Of a stretch of DNA of 64,000 nucleotides, positions 10,255 to 22,447 are shown one piece after another. Numbering within the stretch: the first letter of the stretch is position 1; each line of letters begins with the position of its first letter. Position numbers and translations under genes: made by a program. The DNA is from Scenedesmus sp. PABB004 (Eukaryota), in NCBI GenBank assembly GCA_014905635.1, contig JABVCE010000027.1, positions 186,001 through 250,000 of the forward strand. Reading direction: 5' to 3'. The notes below the pieces were generated by a model. That model was given only the letters and a program-made list of their open reading frames with translations. It ran no database searches and was not told the DNA's origin.

Positions 10255-13200
10255 CTACGGGGGCGGCCCCGGCGGTGCGCCGAGCGCCGCCCAGCGCGCG
10301 ACGCGCGACGGCGCGTGCCGGCCGCGCAGGCGGCGCTCCCAGCCGTCCAGCCCCCGCTCCAGGGCCCCGATGTTGGCCATGGCGGCCTCCATCACGCTCA
10401 CGCACGCGGCGCCCTCGCCGAGCGGCGGGGGCTCCTCGAACGGCGTGACGTGCGCGTGGCGCGCGAGCAGCGCCGCCGCCTCGCCGAGCGCGGCGGCCTC
10501 GTGCCCCGGCGCCGCGCCGCGCAGCGCCATGCCCAGCCGGCCGACGAGGCCGCTCAGGTCCTGGTACGCCTCGAGCAGCCCGCGCAGGCAGGCCACGGCG
10601 CCGTCAAAGTCGTCCTGCAGGCTGCGCCCCGCGGCCGCGCCGAGGCCCGCCGCCGCGGACGGCGCGAGCAGGGCGCGCAGCGCGCCGCTGCCGAGGTCGC
10701 CGCCGCCGCGCACGAGCGCGGACAGGCCCGCCTCAAACGCGGCCGCGCCTGCGCGCGCGCGGGCGCGTCGGCCGGCGCGGTCGGGATGAGCGGGCGCGAG
10801 CGCGCGCGCCGGCGGGCGGCGCGCGCAGCAGCCACGCCCGCGCCGCGCGCGACGCGCACCCGCGAGCTTGAACGCCGGCAGCCCGTGCGCCTTGGCGAGC
10901 GCGAGCTGCGCGTTGTCGTTCGTCACGAGCACGACCGGCAGCGCCTCCGCGCAGCCGCCGCCGCCGCCGCTCTCGTCGCCGCCGTCGCCCGCCGCGCCGC
11001 CGCCGCCGCCGTTGGCGGTCGCCTCGCCGGCCGCGGCGGCGAGGAGCTCCGCGCGGAAGAAGAGCGCGACCTCGATGATCGCCAGGTCGGCGCGCTGCCC
11101 GCTGCTGCCCGCAAAGTCGGGCGCGCGCGACCCCGCGACCGCGGCCTGCCTGCGCGCGCCGCGGCCGCGCCCGCGCCGGCCGCGTGTCGGCCGCCGCCCG
11201 CCGCCGGGCGCGGAGCGGCGCGCGGCGCCGCTCTCAAAGCGCCGCGCGCCGCGCAGCGTGCGCAGCGCCGCGCCGCACCGGTCGACGACGAGCCCCTCGC
11301 CCTCGTGCGCTGCGAGGACGGTGAGAAAGTCGAGGCCCTTGGGCCCCACCTCGTCCAGGCCGCGGTCCAGGAACCTGACGCGTGCGTCGGCGTCGTGGTC
11401 GGCGTGGTCGGCGTGGTCGGCGTGGTCGCGCGGGGCGGGCGCGGGAGCGGGGAGGGCGAGCGGCGGCGCGGGCGGCGGCGCCACCGCGCGAGGGAGGGAG
11501 GGCGACAGGCGTGCGCACGGCGCGCGGCGCGGCGCACCTGCGCACGGGCCCGCCCGACGCCGCCTCGGCGGCCTTGATGCTGTCCAGCTGCTTCACGACC
11601 GTGTCGGCGAGCACCACAAACGTCTGCTGCTCCGGCGCCAGGCCTGCGCGACGCGCGGCGCGGGCGGCGCGGCCGCGTCGCGGCGGCGCGGCGCGCGGCG
11701 CGGGCGGCGCGCTCGCCGCGGGCGCCGCCGCGCGCGCGCACCGCGCCCGAAGCGCCCGCTCGCCGCGAGGCTCTGCAGCAGCTTGAGCGTGAAGGTGGTG
11801 GGGCTGGCCACGGTGCCGGGGCAGCCGAGCATGGAGAGCAGCGCGCTCGTGTCCAGGAACAGCATCAGCGGGCCCTCGCGGTACGCCCGCGCCGCGCCCG
11901 CGTCCTCCGCCGCGTCCGCCGCCGGCGGCGCGCCGGCGGCCGCGCCGGCGGGCTCGCCCGCGGCCGGCCGCGGCGGCGGTGGCGGCGGCGGCACCGCGGC
12001 CGGCCGCGGCGGCGGCGGCGGCTGGCGCGGCGGGGGCGGCTCCACCGCCGCCGCCAGCGCGGCCACCACGCCGCCGCCCCTACCGCCGCCGCCGCCGCTG
12101 CTGCCCCGCGGCGGCGGCGGCGGCGGCGCGGCCTGGGCCGGCGCGCTGCCCGCGCCGCCGCCGCCGCCGCCGCCCCACACCGCCTTGGCGGCGCGCAGCA
12201 GCGGCGCCTCGGCGGGCGTGCTGCGCTGGCAGGAGAGCCAGGGCATCTGCACGTGCGCGGCGCGCGGCCCGAAAAAGGGCTTTGTCCAGACGAGGTTGAG
12301 CTCGCGGCCCGCGCGGTCGGCGGCGGCGGCGCGCTGCTCCACCGGCAGCTCGCGCGCGACGTCGACGTCCAGGCCCCGCGACGCGCAGTCCTGCAAGCGG
12401 CGCGCGGCGCGCGGCGTGCGTCGGCGCGAGCGCGGGGGAGGGACGGAGGGCGGGCTGGCACGGAGGCGCGAGGGCGCGAGCGCGCGGCACGCGCCGCCGC
12501 ACACGCGCCCTCACGCCGCATCGCGCACCTCGGCGATGAAGCGCATGATGGCCGCCGGCTCGACCTGGTTCCACTCCAGCCTGCGCAGCGATTCAGGGGG
12601 GCGGCGGCGGGGCGGCGCTCGGCGCGCGGGGCGGCGGCGGGCGGTGCCGCGCGCCCGCGGGCGCGGCGCCGCGCGCACCGCAGCCACAGAGGCTTTGCGC
12701 CCGCCGCGCGCGGCAGCGGCACCGCGCTGAGCAGCGCCTTGGCGCCGGCTGTGGCGATGCGGTTGTGGCTGAGGTGCACCTCCGACGTCGCGGGGCCGAG
12801 CAGGCGCGCGACCGCCGCCGCGCCGGCGTCGCCTGCGGGGCGGGGCGGGCGGGGCCCGCCGCTCGGCGCCGGCACGCCGCGCCGCGCGGAGCGAGCGCCC
12901 CGCGGCGCGGCGCGCAGCTGGGCAGCGCCGCGCCGCGCTCACCCAGGGCGTTGTCGAAAAGCCAGAGCTTGGCGACGCTCAGCCGCGGCGCGGCGGGGCT
13001 CGTCTCAAACCACGCCGAGAGCAGCTGGGCCTGCGAGGCGTGGCGCGGCGTCCGCAGCGCGGCGGCGCGAGCGCGCGCGCGCGCTGCCCGCGCAGCAGCG
13101 CCGGCGGCGAGCCCGAGCCCGAGCCCGCCGCACCTCTTTGTCGGTCAGGCTCTGGCGCTCCAGGCGCAGGCTCACGTCCAGCGCCGCCGCCGCCGCCCAG

Positions 13201-14358
13201 CGCTCGCGCTTGCGGTGGCCGCGGCGCTGGCGCGGCTCGCGCGCCTGCTGCTGCTCGCCGCCCGCCTCGCCGCCGCCCGGCGCGGCCGGGCGCTCGCGCA
13301 GGAGCTCGGCCTCCTCCGCCGCCGTCAGCGCCGCGTCCTCGGAGCCCTCCGACGCCTCCTCGTCGCTGCCGCTGCCGCCGCCTGGCGCCGCCGCCGCCAG
13401 CGGGGCCCCGCCGCCGCCTCGGCCGCCGCCTCCTCCGCCGCCAGCGCCTGGCCGTCGGCGGCGGCCGCGGCCGCGGCGGCGCGGCCGCGGCCGCTGCTGT
13501 CGGTCTCCCAGCTGCCGCTGTCACTGCCGCCCCCGAGCAAGCCGCCCGCGGCCGGGCTGCCGGCGGCGGCGGCGGCGCCGCCGCGCCGCCGCGCCGCGCC
13601 GCCGACCGAGCTGCCCGCCGTCGCGGCGGTGCTCGCGGCGTCGCCGTCGGCGCCGCCGCCCGGCGCCGGCGGCGGGCCGCCGTCGCTGAGGCTCACGCGC
13701 GCCAGGTAGCTGGCCATGTCATACACGTCCCCCTCGCTCGCGCCGCTGCCGGCGCCGTCGCCGCCGCCGTCCGAGGCGAGCGAGGCGCTGCCATCATCGT
13801 AGTCGTCGTCGCTCACGCTGCCCGGCTCGCCGGGGACCGGCGGCGCGGCGCCTGCCCCCGCGCCGGCGCCGGCGGCCATGCCGTCCACCCAGCGCTCCAC
13901 CGCGGCCAGCCACTCCGCGCCGAAGCGCTGCCCCGGGTGGACGCGCAGCTGCGGGCGGCGGCGCGGGCGGGCAGGCGGGGCCGTCGGCGGGGCGCGCCCG
14001 GGCGGCGCGCGCGGGGGCAGCAGCGCGCCGCGGCCGCGGCGCACCTCGAAAACGTGCGCGGCCTTGGCGTCACGGCCCACGAGCAGCAGCTGCCGGTCGC
14101 ACGCCGCCACGGCCGCGGCGCCGCGCGCGGCAGACACGGGCGGCGGCGCCGGCGGCGAGGCCTGGCGCGCCGCGCCGGCGCCCCGGCCGCCGCCGGCGTC
14201 GCCGCGCCCGCCGCGGCCGCCGCTCCAGGGGCTGCGCGCCCGCCCGCGCCCGCGCCCGGCACCGTGGCCGGGCGGCGGCGGGGGCGGCGGCGGGGTGAAG
14301 GGCGGCGCGCCGCCGCCGCTGCCCCACTGGGGTGCGCCGCCGTAGGCCGCAGGCGCCG

Positions 14359-14393
<35 letters not shown>

Positions 14394-14401
14394 ACGCCAA
14401 A

Positions 14402-14433
<32 letters not shown>

Positions 14434-14695
14434 CGCCGTACGGCATCGGCGGCGGCATGCCGTAGGGCGCGTGCGGCAGTGGCATTCCGTAGCCCGGCGG
14501 CGGCGGCGGCGCGCCAAAGGGGGCTGGCGGGGGCGGCGGCGGCGGCGGCGGCACGCCGTACGGCGGCGCGCCGTACGCCGGCGGCGGCGCGCCGAAGCGC
14601 CCCGCCATGGGCGGGCCGTGCCGCCCGCCGCCGTTGGCCGCCCAGGGCGGCGGCGGCGCGCCGCGCGCCCGCCCGCGCCCGCGCTCTCCGGACAT
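10255..14695 (-). CDS. Multi-exon protein: Pro/Tyr/Gly-rich N-terminus, ~4 RI-like leucine-rich repeats, C-terminal PIN (SMG6/SWT1-like) domain
   Basis: LRRs: LRLERQSLTDKE, KLWLFDNALGDAGA, EVHLSHNRIATAGA, LRLEWNQV. PIN motifs: LFLDTSALL, VVLADTVVKQLDSIK, ADLAIIEVA, VVLVTNDNAQLALAKAHGLP. Apparent 1-bp frameshift near 13405. Confidence 0.75.
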
Positions 14696-15492
14696 GCGGC
14701 CTCCTCCCGCGCGCGCTGCTGCGCTGCCGCTGCCGCGCGCGCCGCGCCTCCGGCGGCGGGCGCCGCAGCCGGCCGGGCCGGTGCTGGGTGCGGGCAGGAC
14801 CCCGCTGCGGGGCGCCCGCGGATCGCCGGGGCTGCGATCGCTGCGGCGCGTGGTGGTTGGCGGCGCCGCGCTGCTGGGCACCTCGCGCAGGCTCGCCGCG
14901 TCACGCCGGCGTGCGCCCGGCGGTGCTGCCGAGGCGGTTTGGCGGGCAGGGGGCCGGCGGCCGCGTGCTTGCAAGCTCGCGCGCCAGGAGGTCGAATCGC
15001 TCGAACCCCGCCTGTCCACACGCGGTCGGGCGCCGCGAATGCACGGCGCGGTCGTCGCGGCTCGCGCCCACACTGCCTCCCGTGCGCTGCTCCGCCGCGC
15101 CAGTGAGCCCGGGCGCTCCAACTGCCCCCGGCTTGCAGCGCACGCGCTGCCCCGGCACCGCGACCGCGCCGCGCGACCGCGCCGCGACCGGACGAGCGTT
15201 CCGTGCGCGCGACACACGCGCGGAGCACCCGCGCCGACCTGTTCCTCCGCCCCCCGCGGCGGCGGCACCCGGCGACAGCGCCGGCGCCGACAGCGGCGCC
15301 CCGCGCGCCGCGGCCCTGCGCTGCCCCACGCGCGCCCCCCGGCGCGCATGAGCCGGCGCGACTGAGCCGGCGCGCCGCCAGGACAGCGCGGCGGCGACCG
15401 CGCGGCCACGCGGCGCGGCGCAGCAGCGGCGGTCGCGCGCCCCTCGCCCGCGCCCCTCGCCCTCGCCCCTCGCCTGTGCGCGCGAGATCGCG

Positions 15493-15663
15493 ATGTCTGG
15501 CGTGGTCCAGAAGTTCCAGAACCGCGTGAACGCGGTCAAGTTTGTGTATTCCATCCACCTCCACACGCTGCAGGTGCGCGCGGGGCGCCGCGCAGCAGCT
15601 GCGCCCGGCGCGGCGGGCGCCGCAGCGCGCTGGCTGGCTGGGTGGCGCCGCGCGCGCGCGCGG

Positions 15664-15696
<33 letters not shown>

Positions 15697-16226
15697 CCGC
15701 CGCCCACGGCGTCCCGCGTGCCGCGCGCGCGCCCGCGCAGCCATGGCCGGGCGCAGCAAGGCGATCGCGATCGGGTGGCAGCGCGGCAAGCGCCGCCGCG
15801 GCGCGACCGCGAGCGTGCTGCCGCTGCCGTCCAAGGACGGCGGCGGCACGGTGGTGCGCTTCAATGAGAAGTTCATGCTCACCTCCAGCCTCTACCGGGT
15901 GCGCGCCGCGCCGCCGCCGCCCCCCCTTCCCCGGCGACGCAGCGCGCGGCAGCGGCTGCGCACGTGCGCGCCCGCGCGTCCGCGCGCCCTCACGCGCCTC
16001 ACGCCGCGCCGCCGCCGCCGCCGCCGCCGCCGCGGCGTCCGCCGCTCCCAGGCGCCCGGCGCGGACCGCAACAGCCAGCTGGGGCCGTTCAAGAAGAAGG
16101 TGCTCATCCTGGCGGTGCTCGAGACCGACGGCCGCACGCACGCGACGTCGGCGCTCGGGCGCGTCGTGGTGGACCTGGCAGAGTTTGCCTCCATCGACGG
16201 CCAGGTGCGGCGCTGCCTGCGCGCGC

Positions 16227-16292
<66 letters not shown>

Positions 16293-19200
16293 GTGTTTTG
16301 CTGTGTGTGCTCTGATGTGTGGGCCGGCCAGCCAGCGCTCCGGGGCGCGCCCCTCGCCGCGCCCGCGGGCCGCCGCCGACGCGCCGCCCCGGCCCGCCCC
16401 GCCGCGCCCGGGCGCGCAGGAGCTGCGCACGTTTGCTGTCGCGTGCAACAAGGCCATCCACTCGGCCGTCGGCGAGCCGCAGCTCACGCTGACCGTGCGG
16501 TGAGGCGGCGGCGGCGGCGCCAGTGGCGGGGCCGGGGCTGGCGCAGCAGGCGGCGGCGGCGGTCGCGGCAGCGGAGGGCCAGCAGAGGGGCGGCGGCGCG
16601 GGCGGCGCGGGCGGCGGCGGCACGGCGCGGCGCGGCGGCGCGCGCGAGCGCTGCCGCCGCCGCCCCGCCGCGCCGCGCCAGGTGCCACTGGGCCAAGGCG
16701 GGTGTGGACATGACCGAGGATGAGGTGGCCAGCATGAGCACAGACACCACGGGTGCGCCGCGCCGGCCGCGCGCCCGCCTGGCTGCGCGCCCGCCGCCGC
16801 GCCCGCCGCCGCAGCGCGCCCCGCCGCGCGCCTCGTCAGCCCCCCCCCCCCCCCCGCTGCTGCTGCCGCGGCGCAGGCTCTGGCCTGGCGAGCGGCATCA
16901 GGGGCCTCTTCGGGCGCATGCGCGCGGGCAAGGCCAAGCGCGGCGAGGAGCAGGACCTGCACGGCTTTGCCGGCGGCGGCGGCGGTGCGCGGAGCGAGCC
17001 CCCGTGGCGCCCCCTCTGACCGTCGCTCCCTGACGGGCCCTCCCCCGCCGCGCCGCGCCGCGCCGCGCAGCAGAGGGCATGGCCACGATCGGGGAGGAGG
17101 GCGAGGACGGCGGCGCGCCGCGCCGCGGCGGCGCCGCGGGCGACGCGAGCCTCGCCGGCGGCTTTGTCGAGGCTGAGGAGGTGGACTTTGACTCCAACCG
17201 CGGCAGCCTGTGAGCGCGCCGCGCGGCGCGGCGACGCGGCGGCGCGACGGCGGCCGCGCGGCCGGCGGCGGGCCGCGGCGCGCGGGGGAGCGCGCCCACG
17301 GCGCCGCCGCCGCCGCCGCCTGCACGCGCGCGCGCGCGTACGCAGGGACGGCTCGGCCGGCTGGGGCGCGGCGGAGCTGGAGTATGACGCGGTCGGGGCG
17401 CTCAACCTGCACGACGACGACGACGAGCCGCCGCGCCAGCCGCACGCCTCGGGCGGCGGCGCGGCCGCGGCGTCGGCGGCCGCCGCGGCGGGGCGGCGCA
17501 GCGCCGGCGCCACCGCGGCCGCGCCGGCGGGGCCGGCCGACACGTCGGCGCCGGCCACGCCCAGCAGGTGCCGGGGCCGCGGGGCGGGCCCAGCGGGCGC
17601 GCGGCGGCGGCGGCGGCGGCGGCGTCTGCCTGCCTTAGTGACGGGCGCCGCGCCTGACGGCGCTCCCCGCCGCTGGCCCCATCTGTCCGCGCAGGCGCTG
17701 GCGCGGCGACGGCGCGGACGGCGCCGCCGGCAGCGCCGCGAGCAGCGAGCGGGGGGTCGTCTCGCCGGCGCCGCGCGCCGGCCGGCAGGGCCGGTCCACG
17801 TGAGCCGCGCGCCTCGCCGCTGCAGCCGCGCGGGCGGGCGCCGCGGCGCCAGCCCACGTGCCCGCGAGCGCGCAGCGCGCACCGGGGCCCCTGCACCCTC
17901 CCACCCTCGCTGGCCTCCGCTCCCTGCCGCCGCCGCCGCCGCCAGGTCGACGCAGACCGACCTGGCCGACGTGCATGACGTGGCGCCGCAGCTGGACGAC
18001 GTCACGCACCTGCAGGCGCGCCGCGCCGCTCCCGCGCGCCGCCCCCACACCCTCCCCCGCCTCCCGCGCCGCCGCCGCGCGCGCTGGGAGCGCCGCGCGG
18101 CGTGGCGCGCCGCGCGACGAGCGCCCCTCCCGCGCCGCCGCCGCCGCGCCGCCGCGCACGCGCGCAGGACGAGCTGCTGATGGCGGCGGCGGCCGAGTTT
18201 GCCATCTACAACGCCCAGCGCGCGCTGCTCCCGGGGCGCAGCGCGGCGCGCAGCGTGCACGCGCCCGCGCGCCGCATCGCGCGCACGCTCGTCTGCCTCG
18301 GCCGCCAGGTGCGCGCGCGAGCGCGCCCGCGCGCCCGCCGCCGCGCCGCCGCTCCGCGCCGCGCCCGCCGCGACCCTCCCGCGCCGCCGCCCTCAACCCC
18401 TTTCCTGCCCGCACGCGCGCGCGCGCGCGCCGCAGGACGGGCTGCCGTTTGGCCTGCTCGCGCTGCGCCAGGTCAGCGCGAGCGTCGTCGCGGGGCGCGG
18501 CGACATCGGCGGCCTCGCGTTCTGGTGGACCAACTCGGTGCACCTGCGCGGCTTCCTGCAGTCGCTCAACCTCGCCCTCGCGAGCGCCGCGGACGACGAC
18601 GACGACGCGCCGCGCCACTGGGCCGCCGCGGTGCGCGCGCGCGCGCGCGCGCGGCGCACGCGCGCCAGCGGGCGTTGGACGCCCAGGCGCCCCTGCCCTC
18701 GGCGCGTGCGGCGACGACGACGCGGCGCCCGAGCCTCGCCCGCCCGCGCCTCGTCCACCCGCGGCGCAGGAGCTCGTGCCGCGGCTGCTGCAGCAGGAGA
18801 AGTTCATCTTTGACGAGCTGGTGGGTGGCGGCGTGAAGTTCACGCACCTGGGCCCTGCGGCGCGGAGAAGCGCGCGCCCCCCGCGCGGCGCCTCGGGCCT
18901 CGGCTGCGCGACGGCAGCGCCCCGCCGCGCGCGCCTCGCACCGCACACGCGCGCTCACGCGCCCTCGCCCGCGTGCGCAGGTGTCCTACGTGTGGACGCA
19001 CACCTTTGTGCCGGCGGTCGCCGCGTCGCGCGCGCGGCCCGCGAGCATGGCGCTCGCCGCGGGCGTGGTCAAGCGCGCGGGGCAGGAGGCAGCGATGCGC
19101 AAGTGGATCGCCGCGCTGGAGGCGGTCGCGGCGCAGCTGCGCGGCCTCGGGCGCGAGGGCCACGTGTCGACGCTGCGCCACCAGGCGCGCCGCGCCGCGC

Positions 19201-20919
19201 AGCCGCGCGGCCGCCGTCGGGCTCGGGCTCTGCGCGCGCGCGGGAGGTCGCTAAACCCTGTCCGTGCGGCCGCAAAACCCTGCAAACCGCCCAGGTCCTG
19301 CTGGAGGTGCTGAAGCGCATGGACGTGCTCATCTTCCACTGCCTCCTCGCGCCCCCGCCCGGCAGCGACGACGGCAGCAGCAGCGGCGGCGCGCCGCTGC
19401 CGTCGCCCGGCGCGAGCGGCGGCGGCTGGGGCGCCGGCGACGGGCCGGGGCCGAGCCCGCGCCCCGGCGCCGGGGTTTTGTTCGACCCGCTGAACCCCAA
19501 CATGCCGGTGCTCGACGACAGCATGCTGTTCTTCGGCCGCGGCGCGCTGAGCTTTGGCACGGGCATGCACCTCAAGATGGCCGCGACGCGGTGCGGCGCG
19601 CACCCCTCGAGCCCTAAACCCTGGACCCTCAGCCCTGCCCGCTCGCCTGCGCGCGCGCCCACCGCCGTCCCCGCCGCGCTTGCCGTCTGCCGGCGCAGGT
19701 TCCAGCAGTGGGCGTTTGGCGAGGGCGGCATGCGTGAGATCTGGGCCAACCTGCCGGCGCAGGTGTGACGGCCGGGCGGGCGGCGGCGCCCGGGCGCCCG
19801 GGCGCCGCAGCTCGGGCCGCCCTTGCGCCCGCCGCGCCTCGCCCTCTCTCCCTCTCTCCTTCCCTCTCTCTCTCTCTCACCCTCTACCCCTCCCTCCCTC
19901 ACACGCGCGCGCACACACGCACACCACGCGCACTCACCCACACGCGCGCCTCCCACACCCGCCACCCGCAGGGCCAAAGCCTCTTCCCGCTGCTGCGCGC
20001 GACGTCCGACCTGCTGATGATGCCCAAGGACCTCCTGCTCGAGCCGGGCATCCGCGAGGACATGTGCGACAACGTGAGTGCGTTATGTTACCTGCCCCGT
20101 CACTTGCAATGTTCTGGGCCGCCGGCGGCGGCGCGTCGGCGTTGAGCGCGCGCGCTCCCGCGTCGGCCCTCTGCATCACAGCCCGCCGCCGCCGCGGCAA
20201 CCCTGCCGCCCCCGCCGCGCAGCTCCCTCTCGGCACGCTCGTGTACATGCTCACCCGCTTTGCCCCCGACGACTTCAGCCGCGAGGGCATTCCCTTCGAG
20301 GTGCTGGCCGCGCTGCGGGCCGAGGCCGCCGACGCCGCGCCGCGCGGCGGCGACCCGGCCGCGCTCGCGGCCGCGCTCGGCACGGGCCCGCCGCGACTCG
20401 TGGTGGAGGCCGAGTGCACGTACTACTCGCCCACGGACGACATGGCGATGGAGAAGGCGAGCGGGCGGGCGGCGGGCGTTTTTTTTTTAACGCCCCCGAC
20501 AGCTGCCGCGCGGCGCGCGGGGCTTGCAAGCAGAGGGGGAGCGAGCAGCGCCGCCGCCGCGCCGCGCGCGCTCGCGCGCTCACGCGCACGCCGCGCGCAG
20601 GTGGAGGTCGGCGAGGAGCCGGGGCTGGAGTACGACGCGGACAGCGAGGACGAGCTCGACGCGCTCGGCGGCCTCTGCGCGGGTGCGGGGCGGACGGTCG
20701 CCCGCGCGCGCGCGCGCGTCCTGCGAGCGCCAGCGCCACCGCGACGACTCCCCCGCCGCCGACGCCGCTGCCGCCGACGCCCCGCGCGCAGACACGACGT
20801 GCGGCACGGGGCCGCCGCTGCGCTTCAAGCTGCTGCACAACCTCTGGAGCGCGGGCGTGCCGCGCTCGCGGCGCATCACCATGCTGCGCGCCGACAGCGC
20901 CGACCCGTCGGGGCAGTGA
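15493..20919 (+). CDS. NT-C2 (EEIG1/EHBP1 N-terminal C2) plus Dilute-like domain protein (plant-type family)
   Basis: N-terminal IAIGWQRGK...VRFNEKF...LGRVVVDLAEFAS; C-terminal VHAPARRIAR, LAFWWTNSVHLR, LSFGTGMHLKMA, FPLLRATSDLLMMPKDLL, RFAPDDF. About 17-18 introns; apparent frameshift near 15750. Confidence 0.85.
16229..16296. repeat. (GT)n microsatellite, intronic
   Basis: About 30 GT units directly visible. Confidence 0.97.
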
Positions 20920-21230
20920 GGCGCGGAGCCAACGCACGCGGCGGGGTTGGGTTGGGGCAGCGGCCGCAGCTCGGCCGGCGGGATGATTGGGCGCCAGCGA
21001 GGTTGGCAGGACGTGCGCGGCGCGGCGCGCCCTTGAAACGCGGCGGCGCACGCCCCCTCGCCGGCGCCCTTCACGTGGCCGTGCCGCCGCCCCAGCAGAC
21101 CCGCGCGCCCTCGGTCCTCCGCGCCAGCCGCGCCCTCTCTTTCGCCCGCCGCTCGCGCTGCTGCTGCCGCCGCCGCCAGGCCGCCAGCGCCCAGGACTGC
21201 CCACGGCCGCCGCCCGCGCCCCCGAGCGCC

Positions 21231-22026
21231 ATGGCCCTCGCTCTCCGTGGCAGCCTGGCATCGGCCGGCGCCTGGGCGCCCGCGAGCAGGTGCCGGCGGT
21301 GCCGGCGGCGCACAGCGACCGCGCCAGCGCCCGCCTGTCCCGCTCGGGACAGGCGGGACGCACAACGCAGCTAGCATAGCTCTGGGGGACAGCCGCGGGA
21401 GCGGAGGCGCTGGGAAAACGGGACGCGCGCGCGCCGCCGCGCTCACCGCTGCTCCCGCGCGCGCCCGCTGCCGCAGGCGCGCGCCAGCGCCGGCCCCTGC
21501 GCTGCTGGTGCAGCGCCCCGCGGCCTGCCGCCTGGCGGCGCTGCCCGTCGCGCCGCGCCGCGCGCTCGCCGCGCCAGTGCTGCGCGGCCTGCTGCTGCTC
21601 GCAGCGGCGGCGGGCGAGGGCGGCGAGGAGGCGGCGGGCGAGGAGGGCGCGCCCGCGCCCGCGCCGGCGCCGATGGCGGAGGAGAGCATGTCGTCGTGCT
21701 CCGACAGCAGCGAGTCGGACTCCTCCGACTCCGACTCTGACTCCGACAGCAGCAGCAGCGATGACTCAGACTCCGAGTGCGGCGGCGGCGAGGAGCGCGT
21801 GCTGGACGCCGCCGCGCGCGCGGCGGCCAAGGAGGAGCGCAAGGCAGCGAAGGCCGCCGACAAGGCCGAGCGCGCGGCGGCCAAGGAGGAGCGCAAGGCG
21901 GCCGACAAGATGGCCAAGGAGGAGCGCAAGGCCGCGAAGGCCGCCGACAAGGCCGAGCGCAAGGTGGCCAAGGAGGAGCGCAGGCTGGAGCGCGAGGCGC
22001 AGCGCGCGCGCGTGATCCAGGCGTGA
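21231..22026 (+). CDS. Putative plastid-targeted protein with Ser/Asp tract and KEERKAAKAADKAER repeats; exons 21231-21289, 21477-22026
   Basis: gccATGG start; MALALRGSLASAGAWAPASR|RAPAPAPALLVQRPAACRL is transit-peptide-like; the GT-AG intron joins in frame; SDSSESDSSDSDSDSDS followed by charged helical repeats. Confidence 0.7.
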
Positions 22027-22447
22027 CGCGCCGGCCGCGCGCCGGGCGGCGGCGGCCGCGGGCTGCGCACCCTCGCGCAGCGCCCGCGGCCCGGCGGGGC
22101 CTGCCTCGCGCCGGCGCTGCGCAGCGTGGCGCCGGGCTGTACGATAGGGGCGGGATCGGCAGCGAGCGGCGTAGAACCCATCCCGGGGCTGCACTGAATG
22201 CACTGCACGCGGCGCGGTGGTGGCTGCAGCGCCAGCAGGGGGAGCGGGGGAGGGGCAGGGGCGTCGTTGCCAATCCCCATGCTTGGGGGTCACATGACCC
22301 GCGTGCGGCGACTCGGCTCAATCACACCGCGTAACCGACGGCCGCGCGCGCCTCGCGCACGCGCCGCGCCGCGCCCGCGCCCGCCGCCAGCTCCGCCGCG
22401 CCCGGCGCCCGGGCGCCGCCGCCGCGGCGCGCCGCGCCCGGCCCGCC

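Noticed and set aside
5207..14695. UPF3 near a SMG6-like PIN gene as an NMD gene cluster
   Set aside because: They are separated by an unrelated gene, the PIN protein lacks the EST1/TPR region of SMG5/6/7, and eukaryotic neighbours are usually functionally unrelated.
2611..15882. Many very long overlapping Arg/Ala/Pro/Gly-rich ORFs on both strands (e.g. 2611-4983, 7605-9959, 13040-15106)
   Set aside because: Stop codons are rare at ~80% GC; these are shadow frames of real spliced genes and show no domain signal.
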